52,200 nucleotides of DNA from Candidatus Yonathbacteria bacterium RIFCSPLOWO2_01_FULL_47_33b (GCA_001823575.1 MHUW01000019.1:1-52200), one strand, 5' to 3'. Counted from the first letter of the stretch, positions 18,235-27,592 are shown. The notes: generated by a model not told the origin, from the sequence alone. A program made the numbers and translations.

Positions 18235-18759
18235 CTATGTTTTACACATTAACGCAAGCTCACTTCTAAGTGCCCCGTAGACTGCAATATCGTGTAGAGC
18301 CTCTCTAATAATGCCAGCTTGCCGCATTACTCCTTCGAGGTGGAAACCAAGCCTCTCTAGGATTATGCGTTCTGCAGTATTATCATAAGACACATATGCC
18401 GTAAGTCTATGTGTCTTATGGTTTTCAAGAGTCCACGCAATCAACACCTGATGAGCGAAGGAGCCTAGTCCGATACGTCGCATGCTTGGCATTACGGTCA
18501 CACCAATTTCAAAGTGATTGAATGCTCGCGACAGATAGGAATAAGCATAGCCAACGTACAACCCATTATATACAATGATGAATACATATTTGAACATTTC
18601 ATCTTGTAATCGAAGGCTTTCAGCGATTCTTTCATAACTGATAGTCTTAGTGGGCTGGAAATTTCCTTGGACAGCCTCTGAGCAATAACATCCATAAAGA
18701 AAATCAATATGTTTTTTAGACACAACAGCTGGTTCTAGTTCTATCATTTTACCCTCCAT
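18235..18759 (-). CDS. GNAT N-acetyltransferase, RimJ/RimL-like
   Basis: EIGVTV.P.MRRIGLG acetyl-CoA motif, NTAE..ILERLGFHLEGVMR; overlaps rSAM stop. Confidence 0.88.
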   Translation of the reverse strand: MEGKMIELEPAVVSKKHIDFLYGCYCSEAVQGNFQPTKTISYERIAESLRLQDEMFKYVFIIVYNGLYVGYAYSYLSRAFNHFEIGVTVMPSMRRIGLGSFAHQVLIAWTLENHKTHRLTAYVSYDNTAERIILERLGFHLEGVMRQAGIIREALHDIAVYGALRSELALMCKT

Positions 18760-20111
18760 AACTGAATCGGCTTACCAATCCGTTCAAAGAACTGTAACTT
18801 TGCAAGAGCAAGATTTTTCGAATGATTATCACAGCCCTGAAAACGAACCGCGTCTGTATATTGCCCGGGGCATCCACCTTGACAGACTTGAAACAAGTTA
18901 CATTCTTTGCAGCTTGTATTATCAGAGATAGTACGTGATAACCGCACGCGAGCAATTGTGTTCCATATCTCCACGAATTGATCCGTGTGCAAGTGGCCAA
19001 GATGGGACATATTCTCACCAAATTGTTTCTGAAACAAAGTACAATAAGAAACGCCTTCAGGGCCAAAGGTAATTAGCCCTAAATCATGAGAACATGCTGG
19101 GTCTTGCAATGTCTTATGTTCTCGATCTAGTAACATAGGCCAGTCAAACACTTGTGTTAGGGAAAATTTTTTAATGGAGTGATTTCCTTTTTCCAGAAAC
19201 AGCAACAGCTTGTATGCTAAATCAGCAATATCTTGCACTCTTTTGGTCCCATCATCTATACACTTTCCTGTTACAGAAGGAACTTCTATAACCCAGTCTT
19301 TCACCCCTAAGTCTGAGGCCAATTTACACACCTCCTTAAGACTTTCTTTGTTCATCCAATCATCAGTAAGCATGCTTATAACCCGCACATGAATCCCTGC
19401 ATCTAAATACCTCGCGATGTTCAAGACAATTTCCTTGTGACTTTGAACCCCACGCAAAGTATTATGGGAAACCATTGTTCCGTCTAAACTAACCTGAACC
19501 CCTCGGACGAACGGATTATTTTGAAGTGCTTTTACTACAAAATCTTGACGTCTCCAACCATTAGTATTCAAGACTATGGGAATACAGTATTTTCGGGTAA
19601 GGACATCAACGGTCATTTCAAACTGAGACTGATTAATGCTTGCTTCCCCTCCAGAAAGCCTAACACTTTCAACGCCAAGTAATGACAGATTGCGTGCAGT
19701 AGTTAGTATCTCCTCGTTAGAGAACATTTGTTTCTTGGGCTCTCCATCATCAAAGAGGTAGTAGCAATGGCTGCATTTCATGTTGCACTTTCTTGTTAAA
19801 TGCCATATGGCATGTCTACATGGTGCAACCAAGTCATATGTTTCAACCAATTGATTCTGCCTACCACCATTTGGTTTTTCATTTAATTCAATGACTTCGA
19901 AACAAGCAGGGATTTCTTTGATCAAACTATCGAGCCCTGGAATTTCACAAATGGGCGTCAGTCCATCACACAATGATAGTGCTCGGAACAATTCTGGTGT
20001 TAACAGATAGGTTTCGCCATACAGAGTAACCGCAACACGGTCAGCATCACTTGGGTACTCACAATTGTGACGTCCTCGTAATATTGCTCCATCAAGTAAC
20101 TTAGGATACAT
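18744..20111 (-). CDS. Radical SAM/SPASM peptide maturase with N-terminal PqqD-like RRE
   Basis: SD AAGGAGG then ATG 20111; GETYLLT..FRALSLCDG.TPICEI (RRE-like); CNMKCSHC; SGGE; TNG; SLDG; C-terminal CKEC.....CQGGCP...C. Confidence 0.9.
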   Translation of the reverse strand: MYPKLLDGAILRGRHNCEYPSDADRVAVTLYGETYLLTPELFRALSLCDGLTPICEIPGLDSLIKEIPACFEVIELNEKPNGGRQNQLVETYDLVAPCRHAIWHLTRKCNMKCSHCYYLFDDGEPKKQMFSNEEILTTARNLSLLGVESVRLSGGEASINQSQFEMTVDVLTRKYCIPIVLNTNGWRRQDFVVKALQNNPFVRGVQVSLDGTMVSHNTLRGVQSHKEIVLNIARYLDAGIHVRVISMLTDDWMNKESLKEVCKLASDLGVKDWVIEVPSVTGKCIDDGTKRVQDIADLAYKLLLFLEKGNHSIKKFSLTQVFDWPMLLDREHKTLQDPACSHDLGLITFGPEGVSYCTLFQKQFGENMSHLGHLHTDQFVEIWNTIARVRLSRTISDNTSCKECNLFQVCQGGCPGQYTDAVRFQGCDNHSKNLALAKLQFFERIGKPIQLWRVK

Positions 20112-20130
20112 AATAACCTCCTTTTCTGAG

Positions 20131-20370
20131 TTAAGATTGAACAACAAGTGCATCTTCTGTAACCACTTTATTACAGTGATCACAGAATACACCAGAAACA
20201 CGAATGGTTCCTGTTGTAAATTTGAAGCAATGATTACAACGCAACAGTGGGGACGTACATTTCATACACCATCGATGGTCTTGGGACTTATCTTTGAGTA
20301 CAATGCCGGACGTCGTCCACCCGCATTTCACACAAAAGTATTTGCGTGACTGATCATGACTAATTAACAT
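20131..20370 (-). CDS. Small double zinc-ribbon-like protein (four CxxC)
   Basis: SD TAAGGAG; CVKC, CMKC, CNHC, CDHC; first gene of operon. Confidence 0.75.
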   Translation of the reverse strand: MLISHDQSRKYFCVKCGWTTSGIVLKDKSQDHRWCMKCTSPLLRCNHCFKFTTGTIRVSGVFCDHCNKVVTEDALVVQS

Positions 20371-20432
20371 GTTAATCTCCTTAGAACAGAGGTTGTATGT
20401 TGTTGAAAACTTTTCAATGTACTACTATCATA

Positions 20433-20469
20433 CTCAAAAAATAATAGCATTTTTTGAGCAAAAAGTCAA
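20433..20469 (-). promoter_or_regulatory. Promoter of rSAM operon with overlapping inverted repeat
   Basis: TTGACT-17-TATTAT; CTCAAAAAAT..ATTTTTTGAG inverted repeat spans the -10. Confidence 0.65.
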
Positions 20470-20503
20470 ACTTTTCTGGCGGTACACTCAACCTTGAAGT
20501 GCA

Positions 20504-20726
20504 ACACCTTCAACTGGTCTGCGCACATACTCGTCGCTCATTCAGCAGAATGACCTACTGGGTGGGCGGTCTTGATGAGTATCTGATACCCATCAACGTC
20601 GCCCAGTCCGGCATTTCAGACACAGGCTTGGCAACCTTTACCCCTTCGGTTCCCGCCCCGCCAGCAGTATGGCTCTTTGGCTCCGGCCTCATTGCCCTCG
20701 TCGGCATCTCGCGTCGCAAGAAGTAA
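20504..20726 (+). pseudogene. 5'-truncated, frameshifted paralog of the VPLPA-CTERM gene
   Basis: TFNWS and DEYL.P blocks in different frames; intact VPAPPAVWLFGSGLIALVGISRRKK tail; no start or signal peptide. Confidence 0.8.
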
Positions 20727-20779
20727 GTTTCAAATAGCACCCCAATCGGGTGGAGAATTCATTCTCCACCCGATTTTTT
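20710..20779 (+). repeat. Right copy of island-flanking direct repeat
   Basis: Matches 14798-14874 including terminator hairpin. Confidence 0.85.
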
Positions 20780-20821
20780 ATTATTATTGCGCTGAATTTC
20801 GCCATATGCTAGCATATACAT

Positions 20822-21016
20822 ATGAAAATATCTGATGAAAAAATGCAGAAACAGGTACGCATTGCCTCCAAAAAACTCGGTGTGACAGAAAACGAGATTG
20901 TTAAACGTGCTATTTCAAGCTACCTTGGAAACTTTGAAGACCTTGTAAATCTACAAAAGGAGCTTCACACTTGGGATATTTTATCAGCCAAGTCTATGCG
21001 TAAGTATAATTTCTAG
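20822..21016 (+). CDS. Probable antitoxin (ribbon-helix-helix-like) of MazF-type toxin
   Basis: Small ORF directly upstream of toxin; LGVTENEIVKRAI; palindrome ATATGCTAGCATAT in promoter. Confidence 0.7.
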   Translation: MKISDEKMQKQVRIASKKLGVTENEIVKRAISSYLGNFEDLVNLQKELHTWDILSAKSMRKYNF

Positions 21017-21021
21017 CCGAC

Positions 21022-21345
21022 ATGAAGCCTGGTGATATTTGGATTGTTCATATACCAGAGCTTGGCACCCATGAGCAAAGTGGCGTTCGTCCGGCTGTCA
21101 TCGTGGCGTCGGTAACAAAAACGATAGTAACCATCATCCCCTGCACGAGCAACAAAGCGGCCCTGAGGTTTCCTTTTACCTTGTCTATCACACCAACTGA
21201 AAAAAATGGTTTAACTTCAACCTCTATAGCCCTCATTTTCCACATTCGTGCGATTGATACTAGTTTGCTCAAGAAAAAAGCAGGCGAGCTCAGTAAAAAA
21301 GATTTTGCGTCAATCAAGAAAGAAGCACGAAAACTTATTGGGTAA
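21022..21345 (+). CDS. PemK/MazF family toxin
   Basis: GDIW, HEQSGVRPAVIV, IPCTS, IRAID. Confidence 0.9.
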   Translation: MKPGDIWIVHIPELGTHEQSGVRPAVIVASVTKTIVTIIPCTSNKAALRFPFTLSITPTEKNGLTSTSIALIFHIRAIDTSLLKKKAGELSKKDFASIKKEARKLIG

Positions 21346-21349
21346 ATAC

Positions 21350-21710
21350 CTACTCCCCTTTCTCGTATATTTGATGAGCGACGAGGTCTTGATAGTGCGG
21401 CGAGTTGGTCATCAGCTCGTCGTGGGACCCTTCGGCAACAATTTTGCCCTTTTCCATAACAATTATTTTATCTGCATTACGAACCGTAGAAAGGCGATGC
21501 GCGACAATGATGGTTGTCTTGCCTTTTGAAACTTCGTTAATCGCATCCATAACATATTTTTCATTCACGGTGTCGAGGCTTGCGGTAGCTTCATCAAAAA
21601 GAAGTATCTGTGGGTCTTTGACGATAGCGCGAGCAATACCAATACGCTGACACTCGAGAGCTTGATCCCCCGCTCCCCCACCAGCGTATCCTGTTTTTAG
21701 GGTTGCTCCA
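21350..21710 (-). pseudogene. C-terminal remnant of ABC exporter ATPase
   Basis: [12 protein letters not shown] then frameshift in signature, [23 protein letters not shown]; in-frame stop upstream, no Walker A. Confidence 0.85.
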
Positions 21711-21711
21711 A

Positions 21712-22248
21712 TTATTCTACAATATTTAGCAAATCACTTACTTCTTTAATGCTTTGCAAATCATGAGGCATTATTTCAGGTATTTTCGAAACTTCGTTTT
21801 CAATAAAAAAGGAATCAATGCCGACATCCTTGGCTGCTAAATAATCATAGTGATAACTATCGCCAACCATTAATGCGTCCTCTTTACTTAGGTTTAGTGT
21901 TTTTATAATCTCTAACATAATTCCAGCTTTCCCTTGGGGATCACTGCCTAGAGAAGAGCGGTATGAGTGAAATAAGTTAACGAGGCCAAAATATTCGAGC
22001 CTTTCCTTAATCTCTCTAACGGCAATCTCTTCGGCATATGGGTTTGCTGAAATTACAACAAGATAAACCCCCTTATCGCTAAGTATCTCAAGCGTCTCCT
22101 TAATTCTTGGCGTAAGCTCTAAGTGTTCTAAGTAGTTATCTTTTGTTAAGGGGTCATTGTATATCCAGTGAGGTTTCTGGGTTCGTTTAGTTGCTTTTGG
22201 GTACCAAAGGGTTCCATCTCCGTCAAGGAAAATTATTTTCTTTTTCAT
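21712..22248 (-). CDS. HAD family hydrolase
   Basis: FLDGDGTL motif I, K motif III, MVGDS..YD motif IV. Confidence 0.9.
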   Translation of the reverse strand: MKKKIIFLDGDGTLWYPKATKRTQKPHWIYNDPLTKDNYLEHLELTPRIKETLEILSDKGVYLVVISANPYAEEIAVREIKERLEYFGLVNLFHSYRSSLGSDPQGKAGIMLEIIKTLNLSKEDALMVGDSYHYDYLAAKDVGIDSFFIENEVSKIPEIMPHDLQSIKEVSDLLNIVE

Positions 22249-22273
22249 ATTTTTATTCTTTTATGCTATGACC

Positions 22274-22612
22274 CTAATCAAACACCTCAATTCGAAATCC
22301 GACTACTCCATTTTTTTGTTCCTCTTCGTCTGAATAAAACTGTTTGATTTCATTATGTAAAAACTCCTTGCTCTCTCCGCCAAAAAGAGTAGGCTCGTGG
22401 TCTGCAAAAAGTTCCTTAAACGACGGGTACCGAAGGATGTCCGTTACTCGCGCCCTGACGTTGTTCTCTGGGTGATCATTCTCACTAAACTCAATTTCAT
22501 CGCCGATGGCAATCTGCTGTCGTTTTTCGTCATAAAGACGCGATTCAATCACTTTTTCTTTACGAACAATTTTTTCAAATGGCTCGGTAGCTACTTTCAT
22601 TTGATGTTGCAT
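22274..22612 (-). CDS. ASCH domain protein
   Basis: KVIESRLYDEKRQQI.IGD.I.F, YPSFKELF, YS.EEE...GV motifs. Confidence 0.85.
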   Translation of the reverse strand: MQHQMKVATEPFEKIVRKEKVIESRLYDEKRQQIAIGDEIEFSENDHPENNVRARVTDILRYPSFKELFADHEPTLFGGESKEFLHNEIKQFYSDEEEQKNGVVGFRIEVFD

Positions 22613-22706
22613 AGTTATTTTATGATTTGCAAATAAGAGGGGCAATAAAAACTCAAACAATGCCTCGGGTTTTATCCCAATTACTTTTTAGCTTTTTCTT
22701 CTAAAT

Positions 22707-22991
22707 TTATCCCAGCTGAACTTTTTTTCCTAGGGCGTGCGCGACACGATTGAGTGTATCCAACGAGATACTATATCTCCCACTCTCAATACGAGCAACG
22801 ACTGACTGTGGCATATGTGCTTTCTTGGCAAAAGTTTCCTGGGTTAATTTTTTTTGAAGACGGAGACTCTTGATTTCAGCTGCCATTTTAAGCCTAAAAA
22901 TTTCTTCGTTGTAGGCTTCTTTAAATTCCGGAGATTTAAGTGCTTTATCAAGAACTTGCCTAAGTGTTTTTGTTTTCGTTGTTGTTTTCAT
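22707..22991 (-). CDS. HigA-like XRE HTH antitoxin
   Basis: LTQ..FAKK..MPQSVVARIESG HTH downstream of toxin. Confidence 0.85.
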   Translation of the reverse strand: MKTTTKTKTLRQVLDKALKSPEFKEAYNEEIFRLKMAAEIKSLRLQKKLTQETFAKKAHMPQSVVARIESGRYSISLDTLNRVAHALGKKVQLG

Positions 22992-22995
22992 ATTT

Positions 22996-23298
22996 TTATT
23001 GCATCATTTTGTAGATATCCTCTGCTTTATGTATCTCTTGTATCGGTGTTTTTTGACTCTTTTTGATAAATCCTCGTACAAAATAGATGGTGTTTTTCTT
23101 TATAAAAAAGAGCAGCCTGTATTTTTTGACGACCAACTCTCTGATGGGACTCTTGAGCAGTTTTGTGTAAACGGTATCAAAATCTGTCTCCATAGTTTTG
23201 ATATGAGCTAAAATCTTAGCTTTATCTGCTTCAGAGAGTTGATAAATGAAATCTAATGCTTCATCAAAGAAACGAATTTCAAAATTTTTTATGGACAT
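22996..23298 (-). CDS. RelE/HigB (Gp49-like) toxin
   Basis: IREL...YRLLFF, GFIKKSQKTP..EI. Confidence 0.85.
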   Translation of the reverse strand: MSIKNFEIRFFDEALDFIYQLSEADKAKILAHIKTMETDFDTVYTKLLKSPIRELVVKKYRLLFFIKKNTIYFVRGFIKKSQKTPIQEIHKAEDIYKMMQ

Positions 23299-23344
23299 AT
23301 AGATAACCTACTCAATAATATTCGACCATTTCTAACATACTGAG

Positions 23345-23374
23345 ATTATAGCAAAAATGCTATAATTGTGTCAA
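23345..23374 (-). promoter_or_regulatory. Consensus promoter with palindromic operator for higBA-like operon
   Basis: TTGACA-18-TATAAT; ATTATAGCA..TGCTATAAT inverted repeat. Confidence 0.8.
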
Positions 23375-23402
23375 TGGCTTACTGCTCTATATTTTAGAGC
23401 TC

Positions 23403-24755
23403 TTATTTCACCACCGGGAATGAAATCACAAAGTCGGTGCCTTTGCCTTTTATGGACTCGACGGAGATTTTGCCGCCCATATTGTTGACGACTTGTGCAG
23501 CTATCCAGAGGCCGAGGCCGGTACCACGAATATCCTCGGTGTCCTTTGAACGCACGCGGAAAAACTTACTGAAAAGACTCTTTTGGTCCTCGGCGGAGAT
23601 GCCGATGCCAGTATCACGCACGCGGATTGAAAGGATGCTGTGCTCTGTTTCTGCAAAAACCTTTACTGAACCGCTCGGCGTATATTTAATAGAGTTACCA
23701 ATAATGTTCACGAGAATCTGGCGGAGCTTCTCGGGGTCCACATTGATATTGGGCAAGTCCTTTTTCTCGTAGGATATTTCGAGGCCTTTTTCGCGTGCTA
23801 CATACTGGAACGATTCGATGACTTTTTCTATGATAGGCGTTGCATTTATTGATGCCATATTAAACGTCATTCTTCCCTGCCCAAGGCGAATAACATCGAG
23901 GACGTCAGTAATGAGCGCATTCAACTGATCCACCGACGCCATAATGCGCGTGGTATTTTCTCGGTCATCGTCTTTGAGGTTTTGTGACTCTGAAAGCATA
24001 TCGGCATAGCCCTTTACTACCGTGAGTGGGGTGCGGAGCTCGTGTGCCGCCATTGAGATGAAGTCGTCTTTCATCTGGTCGATATCCTGAAGTTTTTTGT
24101 AGAGGACGGTGTAGTCGATAATCTTTGCCTGACGCAAAAGGAGTATAGAAATAGCAAGAACAATAAAAAAGAGGAAGTAATATGCACTACGAATATTTTG
24201 CATCGCTATCGCATCGACTGATGCCATCGACACACTAATGAGCAAAATTCCTGAGAGTACCCCGGTCTCACGATCAACGATTCCCCGTACCACGTTCCAA
24301 TGTCGCTCACCGTTTACCGGCACCGTGAAGAGTTTTGAACTATCGCCTTTGACCCCCACCTCGTTGTAAATGAAATCGTTGTTTTCGTCAGCGGTCCCAA
24401 CCTCCTCTTTGTTAAGCGATGCAATGACGGTACGTTTGCCGCCGTCGAGCGAGAGGACTTTGAATTCGCTGATAGACTGTTCATTTTGCGCCTTAATACG
24501 CTCGATACTTTCCTGCAGAAACGCTGGCTCGTTCATACGAGAAGAAGCGAGCTCAACAAAAATATCCTGCATAACTCCTACGCGCTCTTTTTCTAGGCGC
24601 TCCTGGTTACTCTTTGCGACCGAAAGGAACTTCTGTCCGCTCGCCAGGAATGCCAAAGGAATGACGATAATGAGAAAAATCGTATAGATAATCTGCGGAT
24701 TGTTCCTGGCAAAAAGAAATCCTTGAGAAAAATAGCTGGGGATACGTTTGAACAT
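23403..24755 (-). CDS. Membrane sensor histidine kinase
   Basis: Two TM helices; AHELRTPL, NSIKYT, DTGIG, GTGLGL boxes. Confidence 0.95.
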   Translation of the reverse strand: MFKRIPSYFSQGFLFARNNPQIIYTIFLIIVIPLAFLASGQKFLSVAKSNQERLEKERVGVMQDIFVELASSRMNEPAFLQESIERIKAQNEQSISEFKVLSLDGGKRTVIASLNKEEVGTADENNDFIYNEVGVKGDSSKLFTVPVNGERHWNVVRGIVDRETGVLSGILLISVSMASVDAIAMQNIRSAYYFLFFIVLAISILLLRQAKIIDYTVLYKKLQDIDQMKDDFISMAAHELRTPLTVVKGYADMLSESQNLKDDDRENTTRIMASVDQLNALITDVLDVIRLGQGRMTFNMASINATPIIEKVIESFQYVAREKGLEISYEKKDLPNINVDPEKLRQILVNIIGNSIKYTPSGSVKVFAETEHSILSIRVRDTGIGISAEDQKSLFSKFFRVRSKDTEDIRGTGLGLWIAAQVVNNMGGKISVESIKGKGTDFVISFPVVK

Positions 24756-24764
24756 TTTTATGGA

Positions 24765-26306
24765 CTATTCAGTGGTCTTGCTCATCCTGACACCGAGGAA
24801 TAGAAAGACTGAAATGAGGACGAGGATGATGACCGTAACGATCCCATAGAAATAATTATTTTGAACAAAACTAGGGGCGGCTTGTGCCTGTGGTATCGCG
24901 AGGGCCTCCTCCACCGTAATAGCGCTTGCGGTCTTTACGAATGGGAGAGGATTACTCTTTACGACGACTTTGCCTTTTACATCGGTAATACCGACATACA
25001 CCTGGTGGTTACCGTCCTCAAGCTCCTTGTCGAGGGTGTAGTTCCAGTTACCTTCGCTGTCGGTCTTGACCGTGACGACGATAGGGAGACTAAAGATATA
25101 CACGGTTACGAAACTATTGGGAAGTGCTTTACCACGGAAGGTTAACTTGCTGGCGGTCTGCGTGCCATCTGGTTTGGTGATTACTTCTGCCACCTGCACC
25201 GCTTCAACCTTGAAGGTTGTCTCGTCCACAACGCCACGCTCTTGCTCGGTGAGCACCTGCTCAAGCTTGAGGACGCTGTCTTCAACTTTTTGTGTTAGGG
25301 GATCTACCGCTCCTGCAACTGGTGCTTCTCCCCCGCGAGCGGTGCGCACAATCTCCGCGATGACCTCTTGTCTTTTTGCGGTGTCGCCTTTTTCGAGGGC
25401 GTCTTTAAGCTCTTGTGACTTTTCGTTGATTACTTTTTCATAGTCGACAGGGGTTGTTAATTTTGAGGGGCGAGCAGTGGTACCAATTATCCCTGTCTTT
25501 GAAATAACCCTCTGCTCTACCGCAGGCTGTGCACTTATTTCTGCTACAGACTTTTCCACCTGTAGCGAAAGTGCTTGCTGTGCCTGTTCCAACCTCCTTT
25601 GTTTTTCAGCTTCAATCCTCCTCAAATATTCTTGATTAGAAAGCGTGCTCGTAACGGCAGGTGCTGTTCTGGTTGATGTATTGCTGGTCACCGCCTCCTC
25701 ACTCTTTTCGTTCTTTACGGTGACCTGTATTGCACTACTGCGCGTCACTACACCATTAAAATCCTCTACTCTTGCAAACAAAAGATACGAGCCATTCTGC
25801 GTACGAGAAAGAGAGTCCCATGCATATACCCATTGTGCGCTTGCCGGATCAAACGTTGCCTGCCCAAGGTGCATCACAACTGACGATCCCGCAGGGGTAA
25901 TACCCACCCCCACAGACTGAGCCTTGCGACTTACCTTTACCACCACACGCTCTGTTCCTGAGATAGTTGTATCACCACCTTGTAATACTACATAGGCCTT
26001 AATAGGCGCGAGGGTTTGCGTCGAGGTGATTTGGGTTGTGGGTGCCGTGGCGGTATTAACTGTAGATGTGGTAATGGTGTCGGTGGTAGGCGTTGCGGTG
26101 ACTTGCGTGTCTGCTGTTTTAACGGTCGTGTCTGTCGTATCGCTAGTTGACGTTGTAGTCATTGTATCGGTAGACCCCGTCGTGGTATTGGTTAGGCTTG
26201 TTGTGGTATTTTGCAAAAAATCTGCCGCCAACGCAGTGTACGCCATAGCACTTAAAAAACTTACTCCCATCACAACGCCTATTATTTTTTTCATATTATT
26301 TTTCAT
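24765..26306 (-). CDS. Membrane-anchored surface protein with Thr-rich stalk and Ig-like domains
   Basis: Signal peptide, Thr-rich segment, GKALPNS..TDSEGNWNY..LEDGNH Ig-like motif, C-terminal TM. Confidence 0.7.
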   Translation of the reverse strand: MKNNMKKIIGVVMGVSFLSAMAYTALAADFLQNTTTSLTNTTTGSTDTMTTTSTSDTTDTTVKTADTQVTATPTTDTITTSTVNTATAPTTQITSTQTLAPIKAYVVLQGGDTTISGTERVVVKVSRKAQSVGVGITPAGSSVVMHLGQATFDPASAQWVYAWDSLSRTQNGSYLLFARVEDFNGVVTRSSAIQVTVKNEKSEEAVTSNTSTRTAPAVTSTLSNQEYLRRIEAEKQRRLEQAQQALSLQVEKSVAEISAQPAVEQRVISKTGIIGTTARPSKLTTPVDYEKVINEKSQELKDALEKGDTAKRQEVIAEIVRTARGGEAPVAGAVDPLTQKVEDSVLKLEQVLTEQERGVVDETTFKVEAVQVAEVITKPDGTQTASKLTFRGKALPNSFVTVYIFSLPIVVTVKTDSEGNWNYTLDKELEDGNHQVYVGITDVKGKVVVKSNPLPFVKTASAITVEEALAIPQAQAAPSFVQNNYFYGIVTVIILVLISVFLFLGVRMSKTTE

Positions 26307-26316
26307 ATTATTAAAA

Positions 26317-27288
26317 TTATATCAAACTTTTTACTGCCTCCTTGATTGAATCCTTGCCCATACCATAATGCTCGATGAGCTCAAGCGGGGTACCCGACTG
26401 ACCAAACTCATCCTGCACGCCAACAAACTTCATCCGTGTGGGATGTTCTACGGCAAGTATCTCGGCAACCGCAGAGCCCATACCGCCAGCTACCTGGTGC
26501 TCCTCTACGGTCACGATAGCACCACACTCTTTTGCGAGAGCAATCACCGCCTCGCGGTCCATCGGCTTCACGGTGCCGATATTCATTACCACTGCACCAA
26601 TCCCCTCACCCGCGAGCTCGTGCGCTGCCATAATAGCGTTGTACACGAGCGACCCACAGGCAATAATGCCTACTGAAACCTTCACGCCCTCGGGGCGATA
26701 AAAAATCTGTGCTTTGCCGATTTCAAACGGTGTGTCTACGGTCGTGATGATGGGTGTCTTTTCGCGAGCAAGACGAATGTATGTTGGCGAGCTTGTCTTT
26801 GCCATCGCGAGCGTTGCTTTTTTTGCCTCGATACTATCGCACGGGGTAATGACCACCATACGCGGGATCACGCGCGTCAGCGCGATATCCTCCACCGCTT
26901 GATGCGTACCGCCGTCGGGGCCTACGGACACACCCGCGTGTGAGCCGACAATTTTTACGGGGCGGTCATTGTAGCAAATCGTCGTGCGTATTTGCTCCCA
27001 GTTGCGACCGGGACTAAACATTGCATACGAAGAAACAAAAGGAATCTTGCCCATCGCCGCCATACCGCTTGCCACCGATGCTGCTGATTGCTCCATGATA
27101 CCCATTTCAAAAAAACGCTGAGGGAACTCCTTGGCAAACGCATCCATCTTGGTCGACTCGGTAAGGTCGCAACACATCGCCACCACACGCTCATCCGCAC
27201 GCCCTGCCTCAAGCAAGCCCTCGCCGAATCCTTGGCGAATCGGCGCCTGTTCTACATCTGCATCAAAAAGTTTTGGATTGAGGTTCAT
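26317..27288 (-). CDS. Transketolase, C-terminal subunit
   Basis: GIMEQ, GPDGGTHQ, TVEEH, FGQSG motifs. Confidence 0.92.
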   Translation of the reverse strand: MNLNPKLFDADVEQAPIRQGFGEGLLEAGRADERVVAMCCDLTESTKMDAFAKEFPQRFFEMGIMEQSAASVASGMAAMGKIPFVSSYAMFSPGRNWEQIRTTICYNDRPVKIVGSHAGVSVGPDGGTHQAVEDIALTRVIPRMVVITPCDSIEAKKATLAMAKTSSPTYIRLAREKTPIITTVDTPFEIGKAQIFYRPEGVKVSVGIIACGSLVYNAIMAAHELAGEGIGAVVMNIGTVKPMDREAVIALAKECGAIVTVEEHQVAGGMGSAVAEILAVEHPTRMKFVGVQDEFGQSGTPLELIEHYGMGKDSIKEAVKSLI

Positions 27289-27292
27289 ATGC

Positions 27293-27565
27293 TTATTTTA
27301 CCATCAAGCGAAGCCCAAGACCAGCAGTAACTTTTTGGATGAACGAAAGCGTCGGATTACTGCGCCCTGATTCAAACCGAGCAAGAGCAGATTGGGTCAC
27401 ACCGATTTCCGTCGCGAGCTCTTTTTGTGTAAGCTTTTTCTGGCCCCGCTTCTTAATAATAGCTTCAATGAGATCAAATTCTAAATCGGCCTCAGTCATC
27501 GCCTTGCGTACACCAGGGCGCTTCATAGAAGCTTTTTTAAATTGTGCAAATGTTTTCATTTTCAT
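27293..27565 (-). CDS. HigA-like XRE HTH antitoxin
   Basis: LTQKELA..IGVTQSALARFESG..NPT. Confidence 0.85.
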   Translation of the reverse strand: MKMKTFAQFKKASMKRPGVRKAMTEADLEFDLIEAIIKKRGQKKLTQKELATEIGVTQSALARFESGRSNPTLSFIQKVTAGLGLRLMVK

Positions 27566-27592
27566 AATGTTTAATATACCATATATGTTATA

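Noticed and set aside
20454-20726. 90-aa ORF as an intact gene
   Set aside because: TTG start inside the opposite-strand promoter, no signal peptide, frameshift relative to its paralog
26020-26210. Repetitive Thr-rich DNA as a repeat array
   Set aside because: Low-complexity coding sequence of a surface-protein stalk
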